Source: an uncultured Bacteroidota bacterium
GTDB taxonomy: Bacteria > Bacteroidota > Bacteroidia > Chitinophagales > LD1
Direction of reading: 5' to 3'
Length of the DNA: 53,855 nt
Assembly: GCA_903917755.1 (NCBI GenBank)
Contig: CAIXBT010000361.1
Location: 1 to 53,855, forward strand
Below the pieces are notes generated by a model. The model made no database searches, was not told the DNA's origin, and was given only the letters and a program-made list of their open reading frames with translations. A program made the position numbers and the translations under genes. Of the stretch, positions 37,775 to 47,370 are shown one piece after another; positions within the stretch are counted from its first letter, which is position 1; every line of letters begins with the position of its first letter.

Positions 37775-39502
37775 CTATAGTTTTATTTCTATTTCCAGAT
37801 CCCAGTTTCCTTTGAGTTCATAGGTCTCACGGAAGTTGATGATCTTTTCCGGTTGAGTTTTTTTAGCGTAGTCACCTGTATCCCATTCACCATTATGGTT
37901 TGTATCTTCTATGGCCTGAAGATGATATGAACCAGCTTTCATATTTTTGATCGTTATTTTTTTCTCTGCATTTCCTACGTAATAAAAAGTTTCTACTGTT
38001 TTGTTTTCCTGATCGAAGATCTTGAAGACATAGTATTTTTCAGGATGTTCGAATTTTAAATTCAAGATCATGTTGCCGTAATTTTCGGCAGCATCTGCAT
38101 TCCATTTATACAGGAATTTTTTATTCCACCATCCGAAAATATCATGGAAGGTCGAATCAGGAATCACAAGTGTGTAAGATGACTTTTCAGTTTGAACAAA
38201 AGGGATAGTCAAAACCTTTTTTGATTTTTGATTTAAGGTGAAACTCACGCTGTCTTTTTTTGTAGTCGAATCATTGATCAGGACAAGACGTTTATTTTGA
38301 TCTATACTGTCCACTGGTCGGGATAAATTCAAAATAAGTGGTTTAAAAGGGCTTAAGATTGGTTTCTCCTGGATGTATTTTCGTGTTGTATCTTGTTTTA
38401 TTGGTTGTGATTTAATCGATAATGAATATTTTCTGTCGTTATTTGTTGAATCCTTATTGAATACCCTTAGATCTACTGTCGTCGAATCAGATATAGTATC
38501 ATTTACGACCAGATTAAGTTTCATTTTTTTGGTGTAAATATTTGAATACCAATATGTTATGCTGTCTTTTTTATCATTTATCTCGACAATATCCTTCTTT
38601 GATAGCAGGTCTGAATTTAGTTTTAGGGTTTTGATAGGGGAATTATAGATGATAAGTAATTTGCCAGGAGAGATGCTTACCGCATCTGTGAATTTCGGTC
38701 TGCTATTGGCTGAAAGAAAAACACTCAAATTTATTTTTGCTTTAGAGGAATCAGAAAGCGTGACCATGCTATCCATAAACCCGATCAGCTCATCTGCCTG
38801 ATCATATTTGTAATTCAAGTTCTGGTCCTTGAGCGCATATACATTGTATGAACCGGAGTGTATATTATTTATAGTAAAACCTCCGGTTTTGTCAGATTTG
38901 GCAAAGTAGTAAGGCAGTGAGTGCCGGATACCATCTACTGTATCGGCAGGGTAGAGACAGATCATGATATTATCCAGGTCTTTTGGATCCACTACATTGC
39001 CTACAGATCCTGAGATACTGGCAGTATCTATGGTCGGTCCCGTAGCGAAAACATAAGTGAAATTTTTCAGGATATTTCCTTCATTTATATCCTTGATCGC
39101 ATCTCCGAAATTGATGGTATAGGTCGTATTTTCTTTAAGTTTTGACTTGAGAGTGATGTGGACCGTCTTGCCATCTACCAGAATTTTGGGTTTTTTGTCG
39201 ACAGGTGGCGATATGAGTATCTCCTTGGGATCTAAGGTTTGTACAATGAATTCTGAAAAGCGCAACTTGATCTTTTCTTCATGAAAATTGAGTGATTTGT
39301 TTACCGGCTCAGCATATTTCAGCTTCGGAGGAATGCTATCTTTTCTTCCGCCTGTGGGAGGTCTTTCATCTGCACAGGAAGAGACTAATAATAAGCCTAC
39401 AGGCACACATTTAGGAGCGATCTCAAAGAATGTGAACCGGATCAATGCCAATAGCATCAAGGAAATAGTAAGTAGGCCTGATTTTTGGGTTTTTGAGATC
39501 AC
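37775..39502 (-). CDS. Ig-like (Big_5/SbsA-type) domain lipoprotein
   Basis: 575-aa ORF with 'VSSCADERPPTGGRKDSIPPKL', typical of Bacteroidota Ig-like-domain lipoproteins. AT-rich, K/N/I-rich composition. Confidence 0.5.
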   Translation of the reverse strand: MISKTQKSGLLTISLMLLALIRFTFFEIAPKCVPVGLLLVSSCADERPPTGGRKDSIPPKLKYAEPVNKSLNFHEEKIKLRFSEFIVQTLDPKEILISPPVDKKPKILVDGKTVHITLKSKLKENTTYTINFGDAIKDINEGNILKNFTYVFATGPTIDTASISGSVGNVVDPKDLDNIMICLYPADTVDGIRHSLPYYFAKSDKTGGFTINNIHSGSYNVYALKDQNLNYKYDQADELIGFMDSMVTLSDSSKAKINLSVFLSANSRPKFTDAVSISPGKLLIIYNSPIKTLKLNSDLLSKKDIVEINDKKDSITYWYSNIYTKKMKLNLVVNDTISDSTTVDLRVFNKDSTNNDRKYSLSIKSQPIKQDTTRKYIQEKPILSPFKPLILNLSRPVDSIDQNKRLVLINDSTTKKDSVSFTLNQKSKKVLTIPFVQTEKSSYTLVIPDSTFHDIFGWWNKKFLYKWNADAAENYGNMILNLKFEHPEKYYVFKIFDQENKTVETFYYVGNAEKKITIKNMKAGSYHLQAIEDTNHNGEWDTGDYAKKTQPEKIINFRETYELKGNWDLEIEIKL

Positions 39503-39524
39503 TATGCTGTTTTTCTGTGAAGGA

Positions 39525-41387
39525 TTATCTCCCCATATGTACCAGTAGGACTGCTATATCTGATGGTGATACACCGCTGATGCGCTGTGCCTGACCCAAT
39601 GAGGATGGTTTGATTTTGGCTAATTTCTGACGAGCTTCGATGGAGAGTGACTTTAATCTGCTATAATCGAAATCGGTTTCCAACCTGATCTCTTCCAGTT
39701 TTAGCATTTTATTGGCTACTTCCATTTCTTTTTCGATATAGCCTTCGTATTTCAATTCTATTTCTGCAGATTCAATGACCTCTTTGCTATAATTTGACAA
39801 GAGGTTCCTAAGGTCTGGCAGTGCTTTAGCCAGTAAACTCAAACCCACATGAGGACGGGCGAGTACCTTATCCAATTTCATTTTTTGACGAAGTTCAGCA
39901 CTTCCGACCTCAGTCATCAGGCCATTTACATCTTCAGGAGCTACGCTATAACTGCTTATAAAGTCTGATATTGCTTTTATGGCAGCTTTTTTAGCCTTTA
40001 ATGTCTCCATTCTTGCATCATCAGCTAGGCCGATCTTATGTGCCAGCCCTGTCAATCTCAGATCTGCATTGTCCTGGCGTAGCAGGATCCGATATTCTGC
40101 TCTGCTGGTAAACATCCTGTAGGGTTCTTCGGTACCTTTATTTATCAGATCATCTACCAGTACGCCTATATAGGCGTCATTTCGTTTCAGGATGAGTGGT
40201 TCCAGTTCTTTGGCAGCATTATGAGCGTTGATTCCGGCTATCAAACCTTGACATGCAGCTTCTTCATATCCGGTTGTGCCATTTATTTGTCCGGCGAAGA
40301 ACAGATTTCGAACCAATTTGGTCTCCAAGGTCTGGCCAAGCTGAGTAGGCGGGAAGTAATCATACTCGATGGCATATCCCGGACGGAACATCCGCATATT
40401 TTCAAAGCCAGGAACCTGCCTGAGTGCTTTATATTGCACTTCTTCGGGCAGAGAGGTTGAAAATCCATTGACATATATCTCTACTGTATCCCATCCTTCG
40501 GGTTCAATGAATAACTGATGCGACTCTTTTTCCGAAAAACGATCGATCTTATCTTCTACTGAGGGACAATATCTGGGTCCAAGTCCTTTAATTCTGCCCG
40601 AAAACATAGGAGAGCGGTCGAAACCGGTTCTTAGAATGTCATGAACCTTTTGATTGGTATGAGTGATCCAGCAGCACCTTTGGGTAGTGGGCAGCTTGGT
40701 TTCTTTATAAGAAAATCTAGCGATTTCTTCATCGCCTTCCTGTACTTCCATGCGGGTATAATCCAGGCTTCGTCCATCTATGCGCGGAGGTGTACCTGTT
40801 TTCATTCTGCCCGCTTCAAATCCTAATTCGATAAGCTGTTCAGTAATGCCATGAGCGGCTTTCTCGCCAGCCCGACCACCCCCGAATTGTTTTTCTCCAA
40901 TATGGATCAGGCCATTTAGAAAAGTACCATTGGTCAATACGACAGACTTGGCCTCAATATCAATTCCCATGGACGTGCGGATCCCCTTTACAGCACCGTC
41001 TTTGATCACAAGGCCTGCTACCATTTCCTGCCAGAAATCTACATTGGGTGTTTGCTCTAGCATTTTGCGCCATTCGGCAGCGAACATCATTCGATCATTT
41101 TGGGTTCTCGGGCTCCACATAGCAGGCCCCTTAGACCTGTTGAGCATTCGAAACTGTATCATGCTGATATCTGACACGATGCCAGAGTAACCCCCCATAG
41201 CATCTATCTCACGCACTATTTGTCCTTTGGCTATTCCTCCCATGGCAGGGTTGCAGCTCATTTGCGCAATGGTCTGCATATTCATGGTGACCAGCAGCAC
41301 ACTTGAACCCATATTGGCAGCGGCAGCGGCAGCCTCGCAGCCTGCATGGCCGGCCCCTACTACAATGACATCATATTCTTTAAACAT
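39525..41387 (-). CDS. mnmG: tRNA uridine-5-carboxymethylaminomethyl(34) synthesis enzyme MnmG (GidA)
   Basis: 620-aa ORF with 'YDVIVVGAGHAGCEAA', 'MSCNPAMGGIAKG' and 'GQINGTTGYEEAA'. Confidence 0.95.
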   Translation of the reverse strand: MFKEYDVIVVGAGHAGCEAAAAAANMGSSVLLVTMNMQTIAQMSCNPAMGGIAKGQIVREIDAMGGYSGIVSDISMIQFRMLNRSKGPAMWSPRTQNDRMMFAAEWRKMLEQTPNVDFWQEMVAGLVIKDGAVKGIRTSMGIDIEAKSVVLTNGTFLNGLIHIGEKQFGGGRAGEKAAHGITEQLIELGFEAGRMKTGTPPRIDGRSLDYTRMEVQEGDEEIARFSYKETKLPTTQRCCWITHTNQKVHDILRTGFDRSPMFSGRIKGLGPRYCPSVEDKIDRFSEKESHQLFIEPEGWDTVEIYVNGFSTSLPEEVQYKALRQVPGFENMRMFRPGYAIEYDYFPPTQLGQTLETKLVRNLFFAGQINGTTGYEEAACQGLIAGINAHNAAKELEPLILKRNDAYIGVLVDDLINKGTEEPYRMFTSRAEYRILLRQDNADLRLTGLAHKIGLADDARMETLKAKKAAIKAISDFISSYSVAPEDVNGLMTEVGSAELRQKMKLDKVLARPHVGLSLLAKALPDLRNLLSNYSKEVIESAEIELKYEGYIEKEMEVANKMLKLEEIRLETDFDYSRLKSLSIEARQKLAKIKPSSLGQAQRISGVSPSDIAVLLVHMGR

Positions 41388-41404
41388 CTGGTGGCAAAGT
41401 TATG

Positions 41405-41437
41405 GGATTTAAGTTATAAGTTTTAGGATTTAAGTTA
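41405..41437. repeat. two direct copies of GGATTTAAGTTA spaced 21 bp, with partial inverted partners at 41526-41551
   Basis: ggatttaagtta at 41405-41416 and 41426-41437. Reverse-complement fragments aacttata (41526-33) and cttaaatcc (41543-51). Confidence 0.8.
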
Positions 41438-41450
41438 ATACAACGAATTG

Positions 41451-41474
41451 CGTTTGTTCCACGTGGAACAAACG
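41451..41474. repeat. perfect 24-bp palindrome CGTTTGTTCCACGTGGAACAAACG (motif copy)
   Basis: Read directly; it is its own reverse complement. Lies 64 nt upstream of the mnmG start. Confidence 0.95.
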
Positions 41475-41553
41475 GGCTATAGGTTTAAAATTGCACGCCC
41501 TATGGTTTGAAACGCAAAATCCTTGAACTTATACCCAGTTGTCTTAAATCCTC

Positions 41554-41573
41554 TTTGTTCCACGTGGAACAAA
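41554..41573. repeat. perfect 20-bp palindrome TTTGTTCCACGTGGAACAAA (motif copy)
   Basis: Read directly. Its centre is 101 bp from the centre of the first palindrome. Confidence 0.95.
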
Positions 41574-41889
41574 TTTTATGAATAGGGGTCTGTGGAGTCA
41601 AAACCCTTGCTATATCTATGTAAAAGAGCTTTATGAACAAATCCACAAACCTTTAAAGAACAGCTTGTGAAGAAAATAGTCCAAAGGCAAGAATTGGAGC
41701 GGCTTTATAATATTTATCAGATAACCAATGTGCATCTGAAAGCTAGATTAATATTAGATGATCCTGCTTTTTGAACAAATCAACAATAGCTAAAGGCACA
41801 GGTGGTGGAGAAATAATCGAGAGTTTGAAAGTGTCAGGGATAAATCAAAAAATTGAGTTGTATCTTTGAATGCGATCAAGAGCAATTTT

Positions 41890-42720
41890 ATGAAAGGGAT
41901 ATTGGTTTTAGGTTTGTGTATCGTAGCTGTTGTTTGCTCCAAAAGCAGCAATATGTGGAATCGGTCTGTGGCTAATAAAGCAACAATTGATTCCATCATA
42001 GATAAGTCTTTGGAAGGGGACAGTTTAAATCTGGCCGAAAAAATACTCCCGACGGTGCCGAAAAACATTAAACCGGTGATGGGTTATAGGTTTGTGATAA
42101 GGGGAGATTTTGATGGAGATGGCAGGCAGGATACCCTGACTGAGCACTTCACCAGTTTATTAAACGGTAAGGAAACAAACAAATATTATGATAGCCTTGA
42201 TAGTTATGAGCAGCTCGTAGCGCTGACAGTGCAGAAAGATCCGGCCTCCTTTGTGTCGAGCAATACTAAAAGCATTGATACACTATTCATATCAGCAGGT
42301 GGGCAGCTGCTGGGCCTGGCCTATCTGAAAAACGAAGGCGACCTGGATGGAGATGGGGGAGATGAGGTTTCATATGTGGTGGATGCGGCGGACTGGTCAA
42401 GTATTAACACTTGCTACATAATGAGCTTTAAGCACCACAAATGGAAGGAACTCTATAATTTTGGCATATGGGACTGGCAGATACCTCCACTGCCGCAGTT
42501 CACGGCGCAGTATGGGCCGTTTGGTGTGGCGGGCATGATGTCGACAGTGGGGAATGATACGATCAACGCGCAACTGCAAAAGCAACTGGACGCATGGCCG
42601 GGATTCGTGAAGAAGATATGCAATAACAAGATTCGTGTGACCTTCAGGAATGAGAACGCTGATATGGACACGATGGTGGTGGATCTTAGGCACCTAAAAA
42701 AGAAACCAAGGTCATTTTAG
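41890..42720 (+). CDS. hypothetical lipoprotein with DxDGDG (FG-GAP/calcium-binding-like) motifs
   Basis: 'MKGILVLGLCIVAVVCS' signal and lipobox, 'GDFDGDGRQD' and 'GDLDGDGGDE'. The start may instead be 41866. Confidence 0.6.
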   Translation: MKGILVLGLCIVAVVCSKSSNMWNRSVANKATIDSIIDKSLEGDSLNLAEKILPTVPKNIKPVMGYRFVIRGDFDGDGRQDTLTEHFTSLLNGKETNKYYDSLDSYEQLVALTVQKDPASFVSSNTKSIDTLFISAGGQLLGLAYLKNEGDLDGDGGDEVSYVVDAADWSSINTCYIMSFKHHKWKELYNFGIWDWQIPPLPQFTAQYGPFGVAGMMSTVGNDTINAQLQKQLDAWPGFVKKICNNKIRVTFRNENADMDTMVVDLRHLKKKPRSF

Positions 42721-42725
42721 TACAA

Positions 42726-44585
42726 TCATCTGATGCCATCCAGCCAGGCCTTTCTGATGCGTAGTTGCTCCGGGTCAGCTGAAGTTCGAAACTCAATGGT
42801 ATTATAAAACCGGACATCAGACCTGAACACTTTGGCCTTAAGAACCTTTTTGGCAGATTTGCCTTCCGGAGATTTGCGGTAAACGGTTATTTTGATCTGA
42901 TCTCCTTCCTTTACATTTTTCATCCATTGCTGCCGGAACATTCTGAATTCCATAAGGCCGATCTTTTTGCCGTTTATTTTATCTATCTCATCGCCTTTCT
43001 GATAGCCTAATGCCTTGCCGAATTCATTCATGTTTTTCGTGCCGGTCACCATCATCCTGCCCGTGGTGGGATTATAGCCCAGATCACACTGCCCGAAAGA
43101 AAAAGACCGGACCTTATCAATTCGGGTGTAATCAACACCGGCATAATCGAGCACTTCTTCGAAAGGAAGTTTTTTGCCACCCATCACATAGTCATCAAAG
43201 AAAGTTTTGATCTCAGGATAGGTCAGAGATACGATCTTTGGTATCAATTCATCATCCTTGAATGCTTTGTCTTTGCCATAAGATTTGGCCAGATCTTTAA
43301 TGAGTTCCATGAGGCCGTATTTGCCATTTGAAAGATGAAGAAGTTTCAGGTCAAGGCACATGGATATCAAAGCACCTTTTGAGTAGACATTGTTGTACTG
43401 ATCTTTGAATGTATCCAGACAGCCTTTGCTGAGCTCGGTGAAAGACAAAGAATCGTTGAATCCGAACATGGCCTCGTTCATTTTCTGCTTGATCACATCC
43501 AGAAACTTATTTTGCGAAATGAGACCGTAGCGCACCTGAACCACATGTGCATGATATTCTGTAGAGCCTTCATAAAGCCAGAGGTGTTCGCTCATTTTAG
43601 GATGATCAAAATCAAAATCTGCGATCTCTATTGAGTGAATATTGAGTGGGGTGACGATATGAAAAAACTCATGTGAGGCCACATCCCTGATGGTGGGTGC
43701 TATAGCAGCATCGGTCCCATCTACGAGAAAATACATGGAACAATAAGAATGCTCCAATGCTCCGAATCCACCGGATAGCCCCTCATGGTCCGACAGATAG
43801 ATGAGGAAGGAATAATTTTTGACAGGAAGTTTGCCTCCCAGATATTTGCCCTGATCCTGTAGCAGGGTGTCAAGCTGTATAGCTATGCCTTTTGCGGTGG
43901 CTCTTTTAGAAGGAGAATAAACGGAAATCAGAATATCGCTTTCACCGACCTTGATGTGGGCCGTATCGGGGCGATTGTACATGATCGGATTGTCTACAGC
44001 CTCATTGTAACTGCTGATCAGATAGCTGTCTTTTGTATTGCTGTGATCTCTATCGGTCAGAGATGTGCTGCCATAGAAAGCAGACTGATGAGTGACATTG
44101 AGTTCGTATGGCTGCTTGGTATGGTTTCTGAAATATCCCAGTATCGAATGCAGATTCAACACAAAACAGGTATCGGGCTCAAAGTCTGTTCCGGCAGGTT
44201 CAAAGATCGGATTGCTTCTCTTTTTCGGATGAAAAGTATCATTGACCTTATAAATGATCTTAGCCAGTTTTTGGCTGTTTTCGATCTCCCAGCTGTTATT
44301 GTCCAGACGTGTCACAGCCAGAGAATTTCCATTGACATCCATAGCTTTAAAATCTTCTACAAATCGTCCGAAATCATAGATCGAATAGGTGCCCGGCACG
44401 ATCTTAGGCAGGCTGAATATTATTTTGTCTTCAGAGAGTTGCGGTGGAATTAGTTCCACGTACAACTTTTTGTCAGCCATCTTGGTGAGGTCTATGGCAT
44501 AGTGATAAGTATTGTCCAGAGAAAATGCAATACAAAAAGCAAATAAACAGCATAATAAAAGTGACATTTTTTTCATATGCGACAC
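42726..44585 (-). CDS. M61-family (glycyl aminopeptidase-like) metallopeptidase with C-terminal PDZ domain
   Basis: 619-aa ORF with a signal peptide, the zinc motif 'SHEFFH', 'EGSTEYH' and a C-terminal PDZ-like 'LGYQKGDEIDKINGKKI'. Confidence 0.8.
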   Translation of the reverse strand: MSHMKKMSLLLCCLFAFCIAFSLDNTYHYAIDLTKMADKKLYVELIPPQLSEDKIIFSLPKIVPGTYSIYDFGRFVEDFKAMDVNGNSLAVTRLDNNSWEIENSQKLAKIIYKVNDTFHPKKRSNPIFEPAGTDFEPDTCFVLNLHSILGYFRNHTKQPYELNVTHQSAFYGSTSLTDRDHSNTKDSYLISSYNEAVDNPIMYNRPDTAHIKVGESDILISVYSPSKRATAKGIAIQLDTLLQDQGKYLGGKLPVKNYSFLIYLSDHEGLSGGFGALEHSYCSMYFLVDGTDAAIAPTIRDVASHEFFHIVTPLNIHSIEIADFDFDHPKMSEHLWLYEGSTEYHAHVVQVRYGLISQNKFLDVIKQKMNEAMFGFNDSLSFTELSKGCLDTFKDQYNNVYSKGALISMCLDLKLLHLSNGKYGLMELIKDLAKSYGKDKAFKDDELIPKIVSLTYPEIKTFFDDYVMGGKKLPFEEVLDYAGVDYTRIDKVRSFSFGQCDLGYNPTTGRMMVTGTKNMNEFGKALGYQKGDEIDKINGKKIGLMEFRMFRQQWMKNVKEGDQIKITVYRKSPEGKSAKKVLKAKVFRSDVRFYNTIEFRTSADPEQLRIRKAWLDGIR

Positions 44586-44622
44586 GATTGGTTTGAATAT
44601 ATAGAGAAAGAAAAAGGATTTT

Positions 44623-45558
44623 CTACAGTTTTTTCAGTTTATCCCAGAGGTCAGGGAGCATTTTAACGATGGCAAACTGTCTCGCCGCCCGGTGTATCTC
44701 ATCTGCCGGAGTGCCCAGATAGGTTTTGCCGCCTTCGAGAGATTTAGCAGAGGCAGAGCTGCCGAGCAGGATGGCGCGATCGCCCACAGAGATATTTTTG
44801 CTCAAAGCAGATTTGCCATACAGCGTCACAAAATTTCCCACACGTACATTTCCCGCTATGCCCACTTGTGCACAGATGATACAATGTTCGCCTATGGTGC
44901 TGTCATGCCCGATGTGAACCTGACTGTCCAGTTTGGTGCCACGACCTATCACCGTATCTGCAGACACGCCGGCATCTATCGTGCAGCCGCTTCCGATCTC
45001 TACATCATCGTGTATCAGCACACGACCTGCCGTGTGCATTTTGTCATAATGGGTACCACGACCTTTGTAGTAGAATGCGTCGCCACCGATGGTCGAATTG
45101 CCATGAATGATCACATTGTCGCCGAGTACGGTGTATGGATAGATCGTTACGTTAGGATAGATGATGCAGTTTTTGCCGATCACCACATTCTCGCCTATAT
45201 AGGCATTCGGATGGACCATCGTGCCTGTGCCGATCCGGGCGCTGGCTGCTACCGAAGAGCGGGAGAATAGCGTGGGTTGGAGCACGGTGGCCAGTGCATT
45301 GTATGCGATGAAAGGATCGACATTATACAGCAGGGTTTTGCCGGCGGGCGGATCAATTTTTTGATTGATAAAAATAAAAGTGGCGGCAGATGACAGCGCT
45401 AGTGAATAATATTTCGGATGATCTACGAATGTGATATCACCTTCGCTTACATTGTGAATTTCATTGAGTCCTGTCACTGATCCCGCAGCATCGCCGATGA
45501 TCTCAGAGTTCGTTTGTAGCGCTATGTCCCTGAGCGGGATGGGCTGTGGAAACTTCAT
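44623..45558 (-). CDS. lpxD: UDP-3-O-acylglucosamine N-acyltransferase
   Basis: Start set at the internal Met ('MKFPQPIPLRDIA'). The N-terminal LpxD domain is followed by hexapeptide repeats ('GENVVIGKNCIIYPNVTIY', 'IGHDSTIGEHCII'). Confidence 0.85.
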   Translation of the reverse strand: MKFPQPIPLRDIALQTNSEIIGDAAGSVTGLNEIHNVSEGDITFVDHPKYYSLALSSAATFIFINQKIDPPAGKTLLYNVDPFIAYNALATVLQPTLFSRSSVAASARIGTGTMVHPNAYIGENVVIGKNCIIYPNVTIYPYTVLGDNVIIHGNSTIGGDAFYYKGRGTHYDKMHTAGRVLIHDDVEIGSGCTIDAGVSADTVIGRGTKLDSQVHIGHDSTIGEHCIICAQVGIAGNVRVGNFVTLYGKSALSKNISVGDRAILLGSSASAKSLEGGKTYLGTPADEIHRAARQFAIVKMLPDLWDKLKKL

Positions 45559-45660
45559 ACTGCAATAATGATGAGGGGGCAATTTAGTTAGAAAATCTAA
45601 TATACACGAAAGCTTAGAATTAAGAGACAATTGATATCTTGCTAATGCTAAAAACAAGAT

Positions 45661-45891
45661 GTGAAAAAGCTAATCTTCGGGTTGTTTAGCTTATCGGTTG
45701 GGATGTTTCTGTTCTATTGTTATAGCGCAACCAATATCTTTTCTTATACATTTCTGCTGCTTGGATTGTACTATATTTTATTGGGAGTAAGAAAGCTCCA
45801 AAGTAATGATGTAATAGTAACTAGCGGAACGGAAAAGTCTTTGGCAGAAGAGAGCTTACAAAGATTGGATCAAAGTAAAAGTAGATTATGA
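45661..45891 (+). CDS. hypothetical small membrane protein (GTG start)
   Basis: 76-aa ORF with two hydrophobic helices followed by a polar tail. No recognisable family. Confidence 0.4.
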   Translation: MKKLIFGLFSLSVGMFLFYCYSATNIFSYTFLLLGLYYILLGVRKLQSNDVIVTSGTEKSLAEESLQRLDQSKSRL

Positions 45892-45898
45892 AAAGTGT

Positions 45899-46222
45899 GT
45901 GTTAAAGGACTATGGATATAGTTTTGAGAGAGAAGCAGAGACGGGGCGGGTGGCTGCCATGAATGTATTGAGCGGAGATGAAATGAGCAATGTAGAAATA
46001 ATAAAAGCCAACCAATTATTGCTTGAGTATCCATACAGAAAAACAGAATCATCGGGCGAAACAATTTTTCAAATTTCCTTGTATGATATAGACAAAGGTA
46101 GCTTCTCAATGCGTTTCATAGCGGGTGATATTTTTCTTTATATAGATCAGACGAATTGTGAAAATTGTATTCTTGATCTGGGAGACAAGCGGGTAAGAGG
46201 TTTTAGAAAAAAGCAATCATAA
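45899..46222 (+). CDS. hypothetical protein (GTG start)
   Basis: 107-aa ORF that follows the previous small ORF after 7 nt. No recognisable family. Confidence 0.35.
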   Translation: MLKDYGYSFEREAETGRVAAMNVLSGDEMSNVEIIKANQLLLEYPYRKTESSGETIFQISLYDIDKGSFSMRFIAGDIFLYIDQTNCENCILDLGDKRVRGFRKKQS

Positions 46223-46263
46223 ATTCAAATCCAAATCTTACATTTGACATCTCAAATATAAAA

Positions 46264-47340
46264 ATGAAAAACACAGCACTCACACACATTCACCAGGCAC
46301 TCGGAGCCAAGATGGCAGAGTTCGCAGGCTACAATATGCCGATCTCTTATTCAGGTATCAACTCAGAGCACAATCAGGTGCGCAATAGTGTGGGTGTGTT
46401 TGACGTGTCGCATATGGGCGAATTTATGCTGCGCGGCCCCAAGGCACTCGATCTGATACAGCTCGTCACCACCAATGATGCCTCCAAACTGACCGATGGC
46501 AAGATCCAATATTCATGCCTCCCGAACGATCAGGGCGGCATAGTAGATGACCTGCTCGTATATCGTCAGAATGCGAATGAATATTACCTCGTGGTCAATG
46601 CTTCAAACATAGACAAAGACTGGGACTGGATCAGCAAGCACAATACCGAAGGCGTGGAGATGAAAAATATGAGCGATGATACGAGTCTGCTAGCTGTGCA
46701 GGGACCGAACGCTATCAAAGTGCTTCAAAAGCTCACAGATGTGGACCTGAGCACAATACCATATTATGCCTTCACCGTAGGTACACTCGCAGGCATATCT
46801 CAGGTCATCATTTCAAATACAGGATATACCGGTGCAGGAGGATTCGAACTCTATGTGCCCAATGCAGAAGTAGAAAAACTATGGTATGCCATATTTGAAG
46901 CGGGCAAGGAATATGGAATACTCCCTACGGGGCTGGCATGCCGTGACACACTGCGTCTGGAGAAGGCATTCTGCCTCTATGGTCACGATATCGATGACAC
47001 GACATCTCCGATAGAAGCGGGCTTGGGCTGGATCACCAAATTTACGAAGCCTTTCGTACATTCAGATTACCACAAACAGCTCAAAGAGACCGGCGCGAGC
47101 AAAAAACTCGTAGGCCTCGAAATGATAGACCGCGGCATACCACGTCAGCACTATAAGATCAAAGATGCAGCTGGCAATGAGATCGGCGAGATCACCTCAG
47201 GTACACACTCTCCGACACTCAATAAAGCGATCGGTATGGGCTATGTGAAAACCGAATTTTCTCCGATAGGCACAGAGGTATATCTCGACATCCGCAATAG
47301 CCTCGTCAAAGCAAAAGTGGTGAAGACACCGTTTCTGTGA
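46264..47340 (+). CDS. gcvT: glycine cleavage system aminomethyltransferase T
   Basis: 358-aa ORF with '[12 protein letters not shown]', '[12 protein letters not shown]', '[14 protein letters not shown]' and '[18 protein letters not shown]'. Confidence 0.95.
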   Translation: MKNTALTHIHQALGAKMAEFAGYNMPISYSGINSEHNQVRNSVGVFDVSHMGEFMLRGPKALDLIQLVTTNDASKLTDGKIQYSCLPNDQGGIVDDLLVYRQNANEYYLVVNASNIDKDWDWISKHNTEGVEMKNMSDDTSLLAVQGPNAIKVLQKLTDVDLSTIPYYAFTVGTLAGISQVIISNTGYTGAGGFELYVPNAEVEKLWYAIFEAGKEYGILPTGLACRDTLRLEKAFCLYGHDIDDTTSPIEAGLGWITKFTKPFVHSDYHKQLKETGASKKLVGLEMIDRGIPRQHYKIKDAAGNEIGEITSGTHSPTLNKAIGMGYVKTEFSPIGTEVYLDIRNSLVKAKVVKTPFL

Positions 47341-47370
47341 TATTAGAATAGGCTCCACTAGCATAGCTCC

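Noticed and set aside
41451-41573. Reading the palindromic motif as a LexA/Cheo-type SOS box (GAAC/GTTC half-sites) or as a Rex/CRP-FNR-type box.
   Set aside because: The half-site order and spacing (GTTC-N6-GAAC) differ from the Cheo box (GAAC-N4-GTTC) and from Rex, CRP and FNR consensus sequences. The neighbouring genes are not SOS or redox genes. No known regulator can be assigned.
41591-41647. The mnmG-adjacent intergenic region as oriC, by analogy with gidA-oriC in E. coli.
   Set aside because: It has only two weak DnaA-box-like 9-mers (TGTGGAGTC and AAATCCACA). The cluster near 15 kb is denser and coincides with a strand switch. The idea is kept only as a secondary note.
41790-42068. 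92-aa minus-strand ORF overlapping the start of the 41866/41890 lipoprotein gene.
   Set aside because: The opposite-strand gene has a clear signal peptide and lipobox. This ORF has no supporting features.
46223-46263. Possible glycine riboswitch upstream of gcvT, also checked upstream of gcvH at 14750-14900.
   Set aside because: The conserved glycine-riboswitch core elements (GGAGAG...CACCG...GGGCAA-type blocks) are not visible in either region, and the gcvT gap is only 41 nt. A covariance-model scan would be needed for a definitive answer.
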